Part shown: positions 46,519 through 56,825 of the stretch, one piece after another
How the letters are laid out: each line of letters begins with the position of its first letter
Numbering within the stretch: position 1 is the stretch's first letter
Assembly: GCA_049513975.1 (NCBI GenBank)
Contig: JBEKVM010000004.1
Span: forward strand, 46,311-110,310
Source of the DNA: Verrucomicrobiota bacterium
GTDB taxonomy: Bacteria; Verrucomicrobiota; Verrucomicrobiia; Limisphaerales; Palsa-1400
DNA length: 64,000 nt
Direction of reading: 5' to 3'
Position numbers and translations under genes: made by a program
Notes under the pieces: generated by a model
Told to the model about the DNA's origin: nothing
The model's input: the letters and a program-made list of their open reading frames with translations, nothing else
Databases searched by the model: none

Positions 46519-47568
46519 ATGTTGGCCGTTGAACCCAGTCCGGCTGCCGCTCCCGCAGCAGCCCCACCGCCCAAGCCGCCGCCGGTCTGGACTCAGATTG
46601 TCCACTCGGTGGAGCCGTTTTTGCAGGGCGTGGCCGCGCGGCTGGTGGCCCAAGCCGATGAGTTTGAACCGCAAATCGTCGCCTATGCCCAATATGCGCT
46701 GGCCGCGCAGGGAAAACAGTTGCGCCCGGTTCTGGTGGCGCTGAGCGGGGAGGCGGCCGGAGGTTTGACCGATTCCCATTTGACGGTGGCGGTGATAATC
46801 GAGATGGTTCATCTGGCCACCCTGGTGCATGACGATATTATTGATGAGGCGGATTTGCGACGGGGCCGGCCCAGTCTGGCGGCCAATTGGGGGACGGAAG
46901 TATCGGTGCTGTTGGGGGACTGCCTTTTTGCCCATGCCTTGAAGCTGGCCGCCAGTTTTCCCACACCGGAAATTTGCCGCGAGGTGGCTTCGGCGACCAA
47001 TACGGTTTGCGCCGGGGAAATTTTGCAAACGCGCAGCCGGGGGAATTTCGAGGTGGCCCGCAGCCAGTACTTCAAGATGCTGGCCATGAAAACGGCCGAG
47101 CTTTTTGCGTTGTCGTGCCAACTGGGCGGACTGCTGAGCAAGGCAACGGCGCCGCGCCGGGAAGCCTTGCGCCAATACGGCCTGGCCCTGGGCACAGCCT
47201 ACCAATTATACGATGACTGCCTGGATGTGCTCGGGTCCGAGGCGGCCGCCGGCAAGTCCCTCGGCGCCGATTTGGCCAAAGGCAAAATGACGCTGCCGGT
47301 GTTGATCGTGCGGGACCGGGCCACGCCGGCGGACCAGCAGCAATTGCGGGAATGGCTGCAAAACTGGGATCCAGCCCACCTGAGCGGCTTGGTGGCGCTC
47401 ATCGAAAAATACGATGCCTTCACCGAATCCCGGACCGTGATTCAGCACTATTTATCCGCCGCGCGACAGTCGCTGGTCGCCTTGCCCGTGTCGGAGGGGC
47501 GGGCCAAGCTGGCGGGATTGACGCATTTTTTGGCGGAACAAACCGCGGCCCTGGGGGTTGTGTATTAG
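46519..47568 (+). CDS. ispB: Polyprenyl (octa/heptaprenyl) diphosphate synthase
   Basis: GKQLRP, EMVHLATLVHDDIIDEADLRRG, MKTAELF, AYQLYDDCLD, DLAKGKMTLP. Confidence 0.9.
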   Translation: MLAVEPSPAAAPAAAPPPKPPPVWTQIVHSVEPFLQGVAARLVAQADEFEPQIVAYAQYALAAQGKQLRPVLVALSGEAAGGLTDSHLTVAVIIEMVHLATLVHDDIIDEADLRRGRPSLAANWGTEVSVLLGDCLFAHALKLAASFPTPEICREVASATNTVCAGEILQTRSRGNFEVARSQYFKMLAMKTAELFALSCQLGGLLSKATAPRREALRQYGLALGTAYQLYDDCLDVLGSEAAAGKSLGADLAKGKMTLPVLIVRDRATPADQQQLREWLQNWDPAHLSGLVALIEKYDAFTESRTVIQHYLSAARQSLVALPVSEGRAKLAGLTHFLAEQTAALGVVY

Positions 47569-47614
47569 AGCGATTTAAAGCGATTTAAAGCGATATCCCT
47601 GATCCATCCAATTA

Positions 47615-48262
47615 GTGCCTACGAAAGCAGAACTCGAAAAACCGATGCGCGCCCTCTCCATCCCAGAGCCGGACCCAACGCCCGCCGTCCAACCGGAGGA
47701 CGACTTGGCGCTGGTGCGGCGGGCCCAGCGGGACGACACCTCGGCCTACGACGAGCTGGTGCGGCGCTATCAGGAACGCATTTACGCGACGGTCTATCAC
47801 ATGACCTCCAACCACGAGGACGCCAACGACCTGGCCCAGGATGCGTTCATCAAGGGCTATCGCGCCCTCAAATCGTTCAAGGGGGATTCGAGCTTTTACA
47901 CGTGGCTCTATCGCATCGCCGTCAATAAGACCATCAACTTCCTCAAACAGCGCAAAAGCCGGGTGCAAATGAGCCTGAACGACATGGATTTCAACGCCGA
48001 GCACGACCCGGACCTGGTGGCGTTGGTCTCCCACAACACGCCGCGGCGGGACCTGAGCCTGGCGGAATTGCACGAAAAATTGAACGCGGCCATGTTAAAA
48101 CTGTCAGAACATCACAGAATGGCCGTAGTTTTGCACGACATCCAGGGCTTGTCGCACGAGGAAATCGGGGCGATCATGGATTGCAACGCGGGGACGGTTC
48201 GTTCCCGGTTGTTCTACGCCCGGCAGCAGCTACAGGCCTGGTTGGCCGATTATTTGCAATAA
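47615..48262 (+). CDS. ECF sigma factor (RpoE-like)
   Basis: DANDLAQDAFIKGY, FYTWLYRIAVN, GLSHEEIG..GTVRSRLFYAR; start GTG 47615 or ATG 47645. Confidence 0.95.
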   Translation: MPTKAELEKPMRALSIPEPDPTPAVQPEDDLALVRRAQRDDTSAYDELVRRYQERIYATVYHMTSNHEDANDLAQDAFIKGYRALKSFKGDSSFYTWLYRIAVNKTINFLKQRKSRVQMSLNDMDFNAEHDPDLVALVSHNTPRRDLSLAELHEKLNAAMLKLSEHHRMAVVLHDIQGLSHEEIGAIMDCNAGTVRSRLFYARQQLQAWLADYLQ

Positions 48263-48267
48263 AGAGC

Positions 48268-48723
48268 ATGGATCAGACATCTAAAGCGACGGTCAAGGTG
48301 GAAAGGATCATTGCGTTGAAACGCTATGAGCAGCCGCCGCCCGGTTATTTTCACCTGCTGCCGGCCCGCATCATCAACCGGATCGAATCTGGCGAAGGCC
48401 AATCCAGCTTTTGGGAAAAATGGTGGCCGGCCTTCAGCGTCCGGCCCGCCCTGGCTTATGCCCTGGGCCTGACCGTTTGCGGCGCCCTGACCGCGGGAAT
48501 TTATTTTTCGCCGAAGATGGATCAGACCGCCGGCGCCGACGACTCCTCGCCCGGCAACCGGTGGGCCGTCGTGTCGTCCAGTGCCGGCACCGGGGATGCT
48601 CCTTTGGGCGGGTCCCGGTGGCTCGGCAGCACCAATCCGGTCACGGCGCCCCGAAGCGGCGACACCCTTTTCCTGACGCCGGAAGCGCACGCCATCCCCG
48701 TTTCCCTCTTTCTGCAAAATTAG
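48268..48723 (+). CDS. Putative anti-sigma factor / single-TM partner
   Basis: Follows the ECF gene by 5 bp; LKRYEQPPPGYF N-terminus, one TM. Confidence 0.65.
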   Translation: MDQTSKATVKVERIIALKRYEQPPPGYFHLLPARIINRIESGEGQSSFWEKWWPAFSVRPALAYALGLTVCGALTAGIYFSPKMDQTAGADDSSPGNRWAVVSSSAGTGDAPLGGSRWLGSTNPVTAPRSGDTLFLTPEAHAIPVSLFLQN

Positions 48724-49079
48724 TCAACGCGGCGTGCGGAATGCAGCATTGCTCGCGGGGTGCAAGCATCCCTCCGCCAGCAGCATTAGCCAAGGCGGCG
48801 GCCCAGCCCTGCTCTCCCAGCCGTCCGTGATTTCCTTCCAGCCGGCAGGCCGCGCATCAGGGCCTTTGCCAAATTTGCACCCTCCCAACGCCCCCAAAAA
48901 ATCCCTCCGGCCTCTGGCGCCGCGCAATGGAATGAAGGGTGGCTGCTGAATGCTGCGCCCGGGGACGGGCGCACTCCGGATTTCCCCCCGAGGCTGCCGT
49001 TTTTGGAGTCAATTCTGACTGGATTTTAATGTGCGGTTCACCTCTCTTTAATGGTTCCAGCGTCCTATTGCTTGATGCT

Positions 49080-49763
49080 ATGCGTTGTCTAGTCATTGAA
49101 GATGAACGGAAGTTGGCGGATTTTGTGGCGCGCGGCCTGCGCGCGGAACGGTTCGCCGTGGACGTGGCATACGACGGCCCGGGCGGCTGGGAGATGGCCT
49201 CGCTGTATGACTACGATCTTATTATACTTGACCTGATGCTGCCCGGCCTGGGCGGGACGGAAATCCTGCGGCGGCTGCGCCGGGCGAAAAAGGAGGCGCC
49301 GGTGCTGATTTTGACGGCGCGCGACAGCACGGAGCAAAAGGTGGAAAACTTCGAGGCCGGGGCGGACGATTATCTGACCAAACCGTTCGCCTTCGCCGAG
49401 TTGCTGGTGCGGGCCAAGGCGCTGCTGCGCCGCGCCCCGGCCAGCCGGGGCAGCGTCCTGCGGGTGGGGGACCTGGAACTGGACCGGCTTTCCCAGCAGG
49501 TGAAACGGGCGGGGAAAAAGATTGAGCTGACCTCCAAGGAGTACGCCCTGCTGGAATACCTGGCCTCGCACGCCGGCCGGGTGCTCTCGCGCACCATGAT
49601 CATCGAGCACGTCTGGGACCAGAGTTTCGAGGGGCTGACCAATATTGTTGACGTATATGTGCGGCATCTGCGGGCCAAGGTGGACGACGCCCATCCGGGC
49701 AAACTGATCCACACGGTGCGCGGGGCCGGCTACTGCCTGAGCGACGAGGAGGGGGAGGCATGA
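49080..49763 (+). CDS. OmpR-family response regulator (CusR/CzcR-like)
   Basis: MRCLVIEDE, LDLMLP, GADDYLTKPF, NIVDVYVRHLRAKVD, TVRGAGY. Confidence 0.95.
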   Translation: MRCLVIEDERKLADFVARGLRAERFAVDVAYDGPGGWEMASLYDYDLIILDLMLPGLGGTEILRRLRRAKKEAPVLILTARDSTEQKVENFEAGADDYLTKPFAFAELLVRAKALLRRAPASRGSVLRVGDLELDRLSQQVKRAGKKIELTSKEYALLEYLASHAGRVLSRTMIIEHVWDQSFEGLTNIVDVYVRHLRAKVDDAHPGKLIHTVRGAGYCLSDEEGEA

Positions 49764-51163
49764 ATCCCCGGTCGCTCCGGTTCCGCCTGGTGGCCTGGTA
49801 TGCCGGCCTGCTCACCGCGGTTTTTCTCCTGTTCGGCCTGGCCATGTTCCAAGTGCTGCGTCAATACCTGGAACGCAGCCTGGCGGAGTCGCTGCGCCGG
49901 CGCTCGGAGCAGATTGGGGCGTCGCTGCTGGCCAACGTGGCGAAAACCGGGGAGCGCTATGTGGCGGATGAAATCAAGGCCCGTTATGCGCCGGAGAACT
50001 ACGACCGTTTCATCCGCATCTCCCGGGCCGACGGCAGCGTGCTCTACGCCTCCGGCCGGGCCGCCAGTTTTGATCCGGCGGGGCTGCCGGAGCCGCGCCC
50101 GGGCGCCGCCGCGCGCCAGGAGTCGTGCGCGGACGGAAACCGGCTTTTGATCATGGCGCAGACTTGCGCCGCGGCCACGGGCGGGAGTTATCTGGTGGAG
50201 AGCGGGGCGCCGCTGCAGCCGGTGGAAACGGTGCTGGCGCAATGGCGCAATTCGCTCCTGCTCGGTTTTCCCCTGGTGCTGCTGGTGGCGGTGGCGGGGG
50301 GCTATTTTCTGGTGGGCCGCGCCCTTGGGCCGGTGGTGGCCATCGCCCGCAGCGCCGAGCGGATCACCCTGCACAATCTGGACGAGCGCCTGCCGCTGAC
50401 GCACACCAGCGATGAACTGGAGCAATTATCCATCGCCCTGAACAATATGATTGACCGTCTGCGGGAGGCGTTTGATCAGAACCGCCGTTTTCTGGCCGAC
50501 GCCTCGCACGAACTGCGCACCCCGCTGGCGGCGTTGCGGGGTGAAATGGAAAGCGTGGTGGAGCAGGCCCGCGCGCTGCCGGAATGGCGCGACCGGGTGG
50601 GAAGCGCGCTGGAGGAGGTGGACCGTCTGGCCAAGATCGTGGACACCCTCTTCGCCATTTCCCGCCTGGACGCGGGCGAGGCCCAGCAGGTGTGGACGAA
50701 ATTCGACCTGGCCCGCCTGGCCTCCAGCACCGCCGAGCAAATGTCGCTCCTGGCCGAGGACAAGGGAGTGAAGGTCTCCTGCCAGGTGCCGGCGGAGGTC
50801 AAGGTGGAAGGGGACCGCGCCCGCATCAAGCAAGTGGTGGTCAATCTGCTGGACAACGCCATCAAATACACGCCGCGCGGCGGCGCCGTCTCCCTGCACG
50901 TCCAGGCCCGGGGCTGCAAGGCCATCCTGGAAGTGGTGGATACGGGCATTGGCATTCCGGCCGGCGCGCTGCCCCATGTTTTTGAGCGGTTCTTCCGCGT
51001 GGACAAGGCGCGCTCGCGCGAAGCGGGCGGGGCGGGGCTGGGGCTGGCCATTGTCAAATCTATTTGCGCCGCGCATGGCGGCAAGGTGGAGGTGGAAAGC
51101 GTGGAGGGGAAAGGGAGTTGGTTTCGCGTGGAACTGCCCCTCGCATCCACAGTCACCAAATAA
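49760..51163 (+). CDS. HAMP sensor histidine kinase (CusS/CzcS-like)
   Basis: Two TMs, HAMP, DASHELRTPL, NLLDNAIKY, DTGIGI, GLGLA. Confidence 0.95.
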   Translation: MNPRSLRFRLVAWYAGLLTAVFLLFGLAMFQVLRQYLERSLAESLRRRSEQIGASLLANVAKTGERYVADEIKARYAPENYDRFIRISRADGSVLYASGRAASFDPAGLPEPRPGAAARQESCADGNRLLIMAQTCAAATGGSYLVESGAPLQPVETVLAQWRNSLLLGFPLVLLVAVAGGYFLVGRALGPVVAIARSAERITLHNLDERLPLTHTSDELEQLSIALNNMIDRLREAFDQNRRFLADASHELRTPLAALRGEMESVVEQARALPEWRDRVGSALEEVDRLAKIVDTLFAISRLDAGEAQQVWTKFDLARLASSTAEQMSLLAEDKGVKVSCQVPAEVKVEGDRARIKQVVVNLLDNAIKYTPRGGAVSLHVQARGCKAILEVVDTGIGIPAGALPHVFERFFRVDKARSREAGGAGLGLAIVKSICAAHGGKVEVESVEGKGSWFRVELPLASTVTK

Positions 51164-51168
51164 ACGTT

Positions 51169-52359
51169 GTGGAAGCAGAAACCATCACTCCGCCCGAACC
51201 CCGGCCGTCCGGCGCTCCGCGCCGGCGGCCCGGCCTGATCTGGCCCCTCCTGGCGGTTGGGATTATTGTCAGCGGTCTTTGGCTTTATGCGCACAATCAC
51301 CATGGAGCCACCCCGGATCCATCGGACCTCCAGGCGCCGACGGTGGCGGTGGCAACGGTGGACCGCGAAGACCTTTACAATGAAGTGACCATCGCCGCCG
51401 AATTCCGTCCCTACATGGAGGTGGAATTGAACGCCAAGGTCTCCGGTTATGTGACCAACATGAACGTGGATTTTGGGGACAAGGTTAAAAAGGGGCAGCT
51501 TTTAGCTTCGCTGGAGGTTCCAGAATTACACGCCGAACTGGACGCGGCCAAGGCCGCGCAACAGCGGACCGAGGCCGAATATACCAATGCCCATCTGATC
51601 TATACCCGGCTGGACGGGGTCAACGTGGAACATTCCAATCTCGTCGCCCAGCAGGACATTGATACCGCCGAAGCCAAGGACAGGGCCACCGCCGCCGCGC
51701 TGGCCTCGGCCAAGGCGGACGTGGAGAAATATCAAACGCTGTTTGACTACACCCAAATCACCGCGCCGTTTGATGGAGTCGTTACCATGCGGTATGCGGA
51801 CCCCGGCGCGCTCATTCAGGCCGGCACCTCTTCGGACACCCAGGCCCGGCCGCTGGTGCGCCTGTCGGACAATTACCGGCTCCGGCTGGATTTTCCCGTC
51901 TCCGTGGACGACGTTAGATTCATTCACCTGGGGGACAAGGTGGCGGTGCGGGTGCAATCCTTGGGCAACAAGCTCTTCACGGGCGAAGTTTCGCGTTTCA
52001 CCAGCCGGGTCAATCACGACACCCGGACGATGATGACTGAACTCGAAGTGCCGAATCCCAACCTGGAATTGGTGCCGGGCATGTACGCCGCCGCCGCCTT
52101 CAAATTGGAACAGCGGCTCAACGCTCTATCCATTCCCATCCAAGCGGTGTCCCTCGGGGATACCGACACCGTCTATGTGGTCAACGGCGGCCATGAAATT
52201 GAGAAGCGCACCGTCACCCTCGGACTGGAAACGCCAACGCGCCGCGAAGTGACCTCCGGCCTCAAGGAGGGGGAACTGGTCATTATTGGCGGGGGCTTCT
52301 CCGTCCAATCCGGTGAAAAAGTGGAAACCAAACCTTGGCACGAGCCGGTGCTGCCATAA
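51169..52359 (+). CDS. RND efflux periplasmic adaptor (MFP)
   Basis: AKVSGYV..VDFGDKVKKGQLLA, ITAPFDGVV, LVPGMY; GTG 51169 start. Confidence 0.92.
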   Translation: MEAETITPPEPRPSGAPRRRPGLIWPLLAVGIIVSGLWLYAHNHHGATPDPSDLQAPTVAVATVDREDLYNEVTIAAEFRPYMEVELNAKVSGYVTNMNVDFGDKVKKGQLLASLEVPELHAELDAAKAAQQRTEAEYTNAHLIYTRLDGVNVEHSNLVAQQDIDTAEAKDRATAAALASAKADVEKYQTLFDYTQITAPFDGVVTMRYADPGALIQAGTSSDTQARPLVRLSDNYRLRLDFPVSVDDVRFIHLGDKVAVRVQSLGNKLFTGEVSRFTSRVNHDTRTMMTELEVPNPNLELVPGMYAAAAFKLEQRLNALSIPIQAVSLGDTDTVYVVNGGHEIEKRTVTLGLETPTRREVTSGLKEGELVIIGGGFSVQSGEKVETKPWHEPVLP

Positions 52360-52365
52360 GCGCCT

Positions 52366-55300
52366 ATGTCCCGATTCGCCATCCGCTATCCTTATTTCAT
52401 TGTCGTCCTCGGCCTGATCATTTGCGTGCTGGGCGTGACCAGCCTCACGCGCATGCCGGTGGATTTGTTTCCGCCCATCAATATCCCCGTGGTGGTGGTG
52501 GCCACGTTTTATTCGGGCATGCCGCCGGAGCAGATTGAAAACGACATCACCGGCCAGTTCGAACGGATGTTCACGCTGGCCTCCGGCATTGAGCACATGG
52601 AGTCGCGCTCGCTGCCCGGGGTCAGTCTCATCAAAGTTTATTTCCAGCCCGGCTCCAATCCGGATTCGGACGTGACGGGCATCAACAATCTGGCCATGGC
52701 CAGCCTGCGCTATCTGCCAGCCGGCACGCTGCCGCCCATCGTCCTGAAATTCGACGCCTCCAGTCTCCCCGTTTGCCTGGTCACCTTGAAAGGCGAGGGA
52801 CTGAGCGAGGCGCGACTGCGCGACCTGGGCCAGTTCACAGTGCGCAACCAGATGGCTGGCGTGGAGGGGGCCTCGCTGCCGCCGGTGTTCGGCGGACGTT
52901 ATCGCCAGATCATGGTTTACGTGGACCCGCTCAAGCTGGAGGCGCATCAGTTGAGCGTGATGGATGTCGTGCGCGCCGTGGACCAGGCCAATCTCATACT
53001 GCCTGCCGGCGACGTGAAAATCGGGCCTTACGACTACAACGTCTATGCCGACAGCCAGATCAACGCCATGAAAGACGTCAACCTGGTGCCTCTGAAAACG
53101 GAGGGGGACGCCTCCGTGCTGGTGGCCGATGTGGGCAAGGCCCAGGACGCCTCGCAAATTCAATTATGCAAAGTGCGCATCAACAGCCAGCCTTCGGTTT
53201 ATCTGCCGGTCTTGAAGCAGGGGGGCGAAGCCAACACGATTGAGGTGGTCAACGGGGTAAAAGACGTCGTTTCCAAACTGACGGACGTGCCCAAGCAACT
53301 GCGTCCGGAGGTGGTCTTCGATCAATCGGTGTTTGTCAAAGCGGCCATTGAAAACCTGGTCCATGAAGGCGCCATCGGTTTGGTTCTGACCGGGCTGATG
53401 ATTTTGATCTTTCTCGGCAGCATGCGCGCGACCGCCGCGGTTTTTCTTTCCATACCCCTGTCGGCGCTGGCCGCTTTCTTCGCGCTGGATCTGGGCAACA
53501 GCACCATCAACTCCATGGTTCTGGGCGGGCTGGCCCTGGCTTTTTCCCGTCTGATTGACAACTCGGTCGTCGTCCTGGAAAACATCTACCGCCACCTGGA
53601 ACTGGGCGAACCGCCCGTCGTGGCGGCGGAACGCGGCGGCAAGGAGGTCGCCCTCCCGGTGCTGGCGGCGACCCTGGCCACCGTGATTGTTTTCTTTCCG
53701 GTCACATTTCTTTTTGGCGTGAGCCGCTATCTGTTTGGCGCACTGGCGCTGGCGGTGATTCTGTCCCTCTTCGCCTCTTATTTCGTGGCCATGACGGTGG
53801 TGCCGCTGTTCTGCGCCAAGTTGATCAAAAGAAACGACGCCGACGAGGAACTGGGAGAGGAGCCGTGCGCGCCAGCGCCCAGGAAAAGCTGGAGCGGGCG
53901 ATTTAACGCCTGGTTCAACCACAAATTCCATAATATGCTTGACCGCTACGAGGGCGTGTTGAACATCACTTTGTTGCGCCCGCTGGCCACGGTCCTGGGA
54001 ATCACCGGCGTCTTTCTGCTCAGTCTGGCGCTCTATCCGCTGGTCGGCCAGGCTTACTTTCCGCGCACCGATCCCGGCCAGTTCGTCATCAATGTCAAGG
54101 CCCCCTCCGGCACGCGGCTGGAACTGACAGACCAACTGATCGGCCGGGTCGAGGAGGTGGTCCGCGCGGTGGTGCCGAAACGCGATCTTAAAGTCATCGT
54201 GTCCAACATTGGCATCACCCCCGGCTTTTCCGCCATTCTCACCCCCAACTCCGCCCCGCACACCGCGTTTGTCCAGGTCGGGTTAAATGACGGCCACCAG
54301 CTCAGCAGCTTTGCCTACATGAATTTGGTGCGGGCCAGGCTGCAAAAGGAGTTGCCGGAACTCAGCGCCTATTTCCAGACCGGCGGCATGGTGGATGCCA
54401 TTCTCAACCAGGGAATGCCCGCGCCGCTGGATATTCAGGTGAGCGGCATGGACATGCCGGGCGACCACGCCGTGGCCACAAAAATCGCCAGGCAGGTGCG
54501 CGCGCTGCCCGGCGTGAGCGACGTGCTGGTGCCCCAGGACGTGGATTATCCGGCGTTGAAAATTGATATTGACCGCGAGCGCGCCAGCGAACTGGGCCTT
54601 TCCGCCCAGGAAGTCGTGGACAGCCTTATCACCGCCCTGACCTCCAGCGGCATGATCGCGCCCAGCTATTGGATTGACCCCACCACCGGCAACAATTATC
54701 TGCTGACCGTCCAATACCCGGAGAACATCATCAAAAACCTGGCCGACCTTGGCTCGATGCCCTTGCGCTCGCCCCATCTCAAGGAGTCCACCCGGCTGGA
54801 CTCCGTCGTCCGCTTTTCGCACATTCTCAGCCCCACCGAGGTGGATCACTATCAAATCCAGCGCGCCGTGGATATTTATGTCGCCCCCTCGGGGGAGGAC
54901 TTGAGCCGGGTCTATGCCGGCGTGAAAAAAATTATTGACCAAACCAAGTTGCCGGAAAACATGAAAATTGACGTGCGCGGCTCGGTGCAGGCCATGCGCA
55001 GCTCGTTCACGAGTTTTGGGATGGGACTGATTCTGTCAACCCTGCTGGTGTATCTGATCCTGGTCGCGCAGTTTCAGTCCTTCGTTGATCCATTGCTCAT
55101 TCTGCTGGCGGTCCCGACCGGCCTGACCGGAGTGCTGCTCATCCTCTGGCTGGGCGGCGGGACGCTCAACGTCATGTCCCTCATGGGCGTGATTATGATG
55201 GTGGGCATCGTCGTTTCCAACAGCATCCTCATTGTTGAATTCACCCGGCGCTTGCGGGAGGAAGGCAAGACCGTGCGGGAGGCGGTTGCGCTGGCCTGCC

Positions 55301-55539
55301 GGGTGCGATTGCGACCCGTTTTGATGACCTCGCTGGCGACGTTAATCGGCCTCCTTCCCCTGGCGCTGAAACTGGGCACGGGCGGCGAAGCCTATGCGCC
55401 CCTGGCCCAGGCGATCATCGGGGGACTGGCAGTTTCGGTGGTGCTGACCGTATTCATCGTCCCGGCCGCCTACCTGATTATCTATGGAAAGCACGATGCC
55501 GCCCGTTCCACCGGACCCAAGGGAAATCCCGTTTCATGA
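52366..55539 (+). CDS. RND efflux permease (AcrB/CusA superfamily)
   Basis: 1057 aa; LFPPINIP, LIDNSVVVLENI, GIVVSNSILIV, RLRPVLMT. Confidence 0.96.
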   Translation: MSRFAIRYPYFIVVLGLIICVLGVTSLTRMPVDLFPPINIPVVVVATFYSGMPPEQIENDITGQFERMFTLASGIEHMESRSLPGVSLIKVYFQPGSNPDSDVTGINNLAMASLRYLPAGTLPPIVLKFDASSLPVCLVTLKGEGLSEARLRDLGQFTVRNQMAGVEGASLPPVFGGRYRQIMVYVDPLKLEAHQLSVMDVVRAVDQANLILPAGDVKIGPYDYNVYADSQINAMKDVNLVPLKTEGDASVLVADVGKAQDASQIQLCKVRINSQPSVYLPVLKQGGEANTIEVVNGVKDVVSKLTDVPKQLRPEVVFDQSVFVKAAIENLVHEGAIGLVLTGLMILIFLGSMRATAAVFLSIPLSALAAFFALDLGNSTINSMVLGGLALAFSRLIDNSVVVLENIYRHLELGEPPVVAAERGGKEVALPVLAATLATVIVFFPVTFLFGVSRYLFGALALAVILSLFASYFVAMTVVPLFCAKLIKRNDADEELGEEPCAPAPRKSWSGRFNAWFNHKFHNMLDRYEGVLNITLLRPLATVLGITGVFLLSLALYPLVGQAYFPRTDPGQFVINVKAPSGTRLELTDQLIGRVEEVVRAVVPKRDLKVIVSNIGITPGFSAILTPNSAPHTAFVQVGLNDGHQLSSFAYMNLVRARLQKELPELSAYFQTGGMVDAILNQGMPAPLDIQVSGMDMPGDHAVATKIARQVRALPGVSDVLVPQDVDYPALKIDIDRERASELGLSAQEVVDSLITALTSSGMIAPSYWIDPTTGNNYLLTVQYPENIIKNLADLGSMPLRSPHLKESTRLDSVVRFSHILSPTEVDHYQIQRAVDIYVAPSGEDLSRVYAGVKKIIDQTKLPENMKIDVRGSVQAMRSSFTSFGMGLILSTLLVYLILVAQFQSFVDPLLILLAVPTGLTGVLLILWLGGGTLNVMSLMGVIMMVGIVVSNSILIVEFTRRLREEGKTVREAVALACRVRLRPVLMTSLATLIGLLPLALKLGTGGEAYAPLAQAIIGGLAVSVVLTVFIVPAAYLIIYGKHDAARSTGPKGNPVS

Positions 55540-56825
55540 AAAACGCCGTTTGCCTAACTCTCTTGCTCTGCCTCGCCGGCTCTCTGTGCGCCGCCGAGGC
55601 TCCGCGGCGCCTGACATTGCGGGAAGCTGAAGATATTGCCCTGGCGCAACACCCCCGCATTTCCTTCGCCAACCTCATAGCACTTGCCGCCCAACAATCC
55701 ATCAAGGAATCGCGCGCGGCCTTTTTTCCAAATATTTATGCCAGCGCCACCGCCGTGGGTGTGGCCGATACCAACAATACCCGCATCGCCGCCGGTTACC
55801 TCAACAATCCCAATGTCTTCGAGCGCACGGCCGGAGGCCTCACCATCCAGCAGCTCATCACCGATTTTGGGCGGACGTCGGAATTGACCCGGACCGCCAA
55901 ATTGCGCTCGAAAGCGGAGGAGATGAACCGGGAGGCGACTCGCGAGGAGATCCTGCTCGAAGTCAACGCCGCCTATTTCTCCGCCTTGCAAGCGCAGGCG
56001 ATCCTGGCGGCGGCGCGTCAAACTACGAATGAGCGCACCGTGGTCCTGCGCCAAATCCAGGCCTATGCCACGAACAAGATGAAGTCGGAGCTGGATGTCA
56101 GCTTTGCCAGCGTGGATCTCGATCAGGCGCGCCTGCTCGTGGCCAAGGCGGACAACGATTTGGAATCCGCCTTTGCCCGTCTCTCCACCGTGCTCGGCGA
56201 GCGCCAGGCGGAAAGTTTTGATCTGGCGGAGGAGCCCATGCCCGAACTGGTGACCAACAGCGCCCCGGACCTGATCCTCGAAGCCCTGGCCGGCCGGCCG
56301 GACCTGGCCCGCGCCCGTTACCAGCGCGATGCCGCCAAGGAGTTCGCGCGCGCGGAGAACAAGTTGAGCTACCCCACGCTCAGCGCGATAGCCAGCGGCG
56401 GTCTGATGCCTCTGGGCGATTCGCGCCTCGGCGACAATTACGGGGCCGCCGGGGTGAACCTCAATTTCCCGCTTTTTACCGGAGGACTCTACCAAGCCCG
56501 CCAACGCGAGGCGGAATTGCAGGCGGCTGCGGCGGACCAGACCGTGCGGGACCAGGAAGACACCATCGCGCGCGACACGCAAATTTCCAAGCTCAACCTC
56601 GACTATTCCTTCGGGCGTCTGGCGCTGACGGCGAGCCTGGTTCAAAACGCCAACAAGGCGCTGGAGCTGGCGCAGGCGCGCTTCACCCTGGGCCTCAGTT
56701 CCATCGTGGAGTTGAGCCAGGCGGAGTTGAACCAAACCTCGGCGCAAATTGAGGAGGCCGGCGCGCGCTACGATTACCACATCCAGCGCGCCGCCCTGGA
56801 CTTCCAAATCGGCCGCCTGCGCTAA
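55536..56825 (+). CDS. TolC-family outer membrane factor
   Basis: Signal peptide, LTLREAEDIAL..P, NFPLFTGG, ARFTLGL..IVELSQA. Confidence 0.93.
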   Translation: MKNAVCLTLLLCLAGSLCAAEAPRRLTLREAEDIALAQHPRISFANLIALAAQQSIKESRAAFFPNIYASATAVGVADTNNTRIAAGYLNNPNVFERTAGGLTIQQLITDFGRTSELTRTAKLRSKAEEMNREATREEILLEVNAAYFSALQAQAILAAARQTTNERTVVLRQIQAYATNKMKSELDVSFASVDLDQARLLVAKADNDLESAFARLSTVLGERQAESFDLAEEPMPELVTNSAPDLILEALAGRPDLARARYQRDAAKEFARAENKLSYPTLSAIASGGLMPLGDSRLGDNYGAAGVNLNFPLFTGGLYQARQREAELQAAAADQTVRDQEDTIARDTQISKLNLDYSFGRLALTASLVQNANKALELAQARFTLGLSSIVELSQAELNQTSAQIEEAGARYDYHIQRAALDFQIGRLR

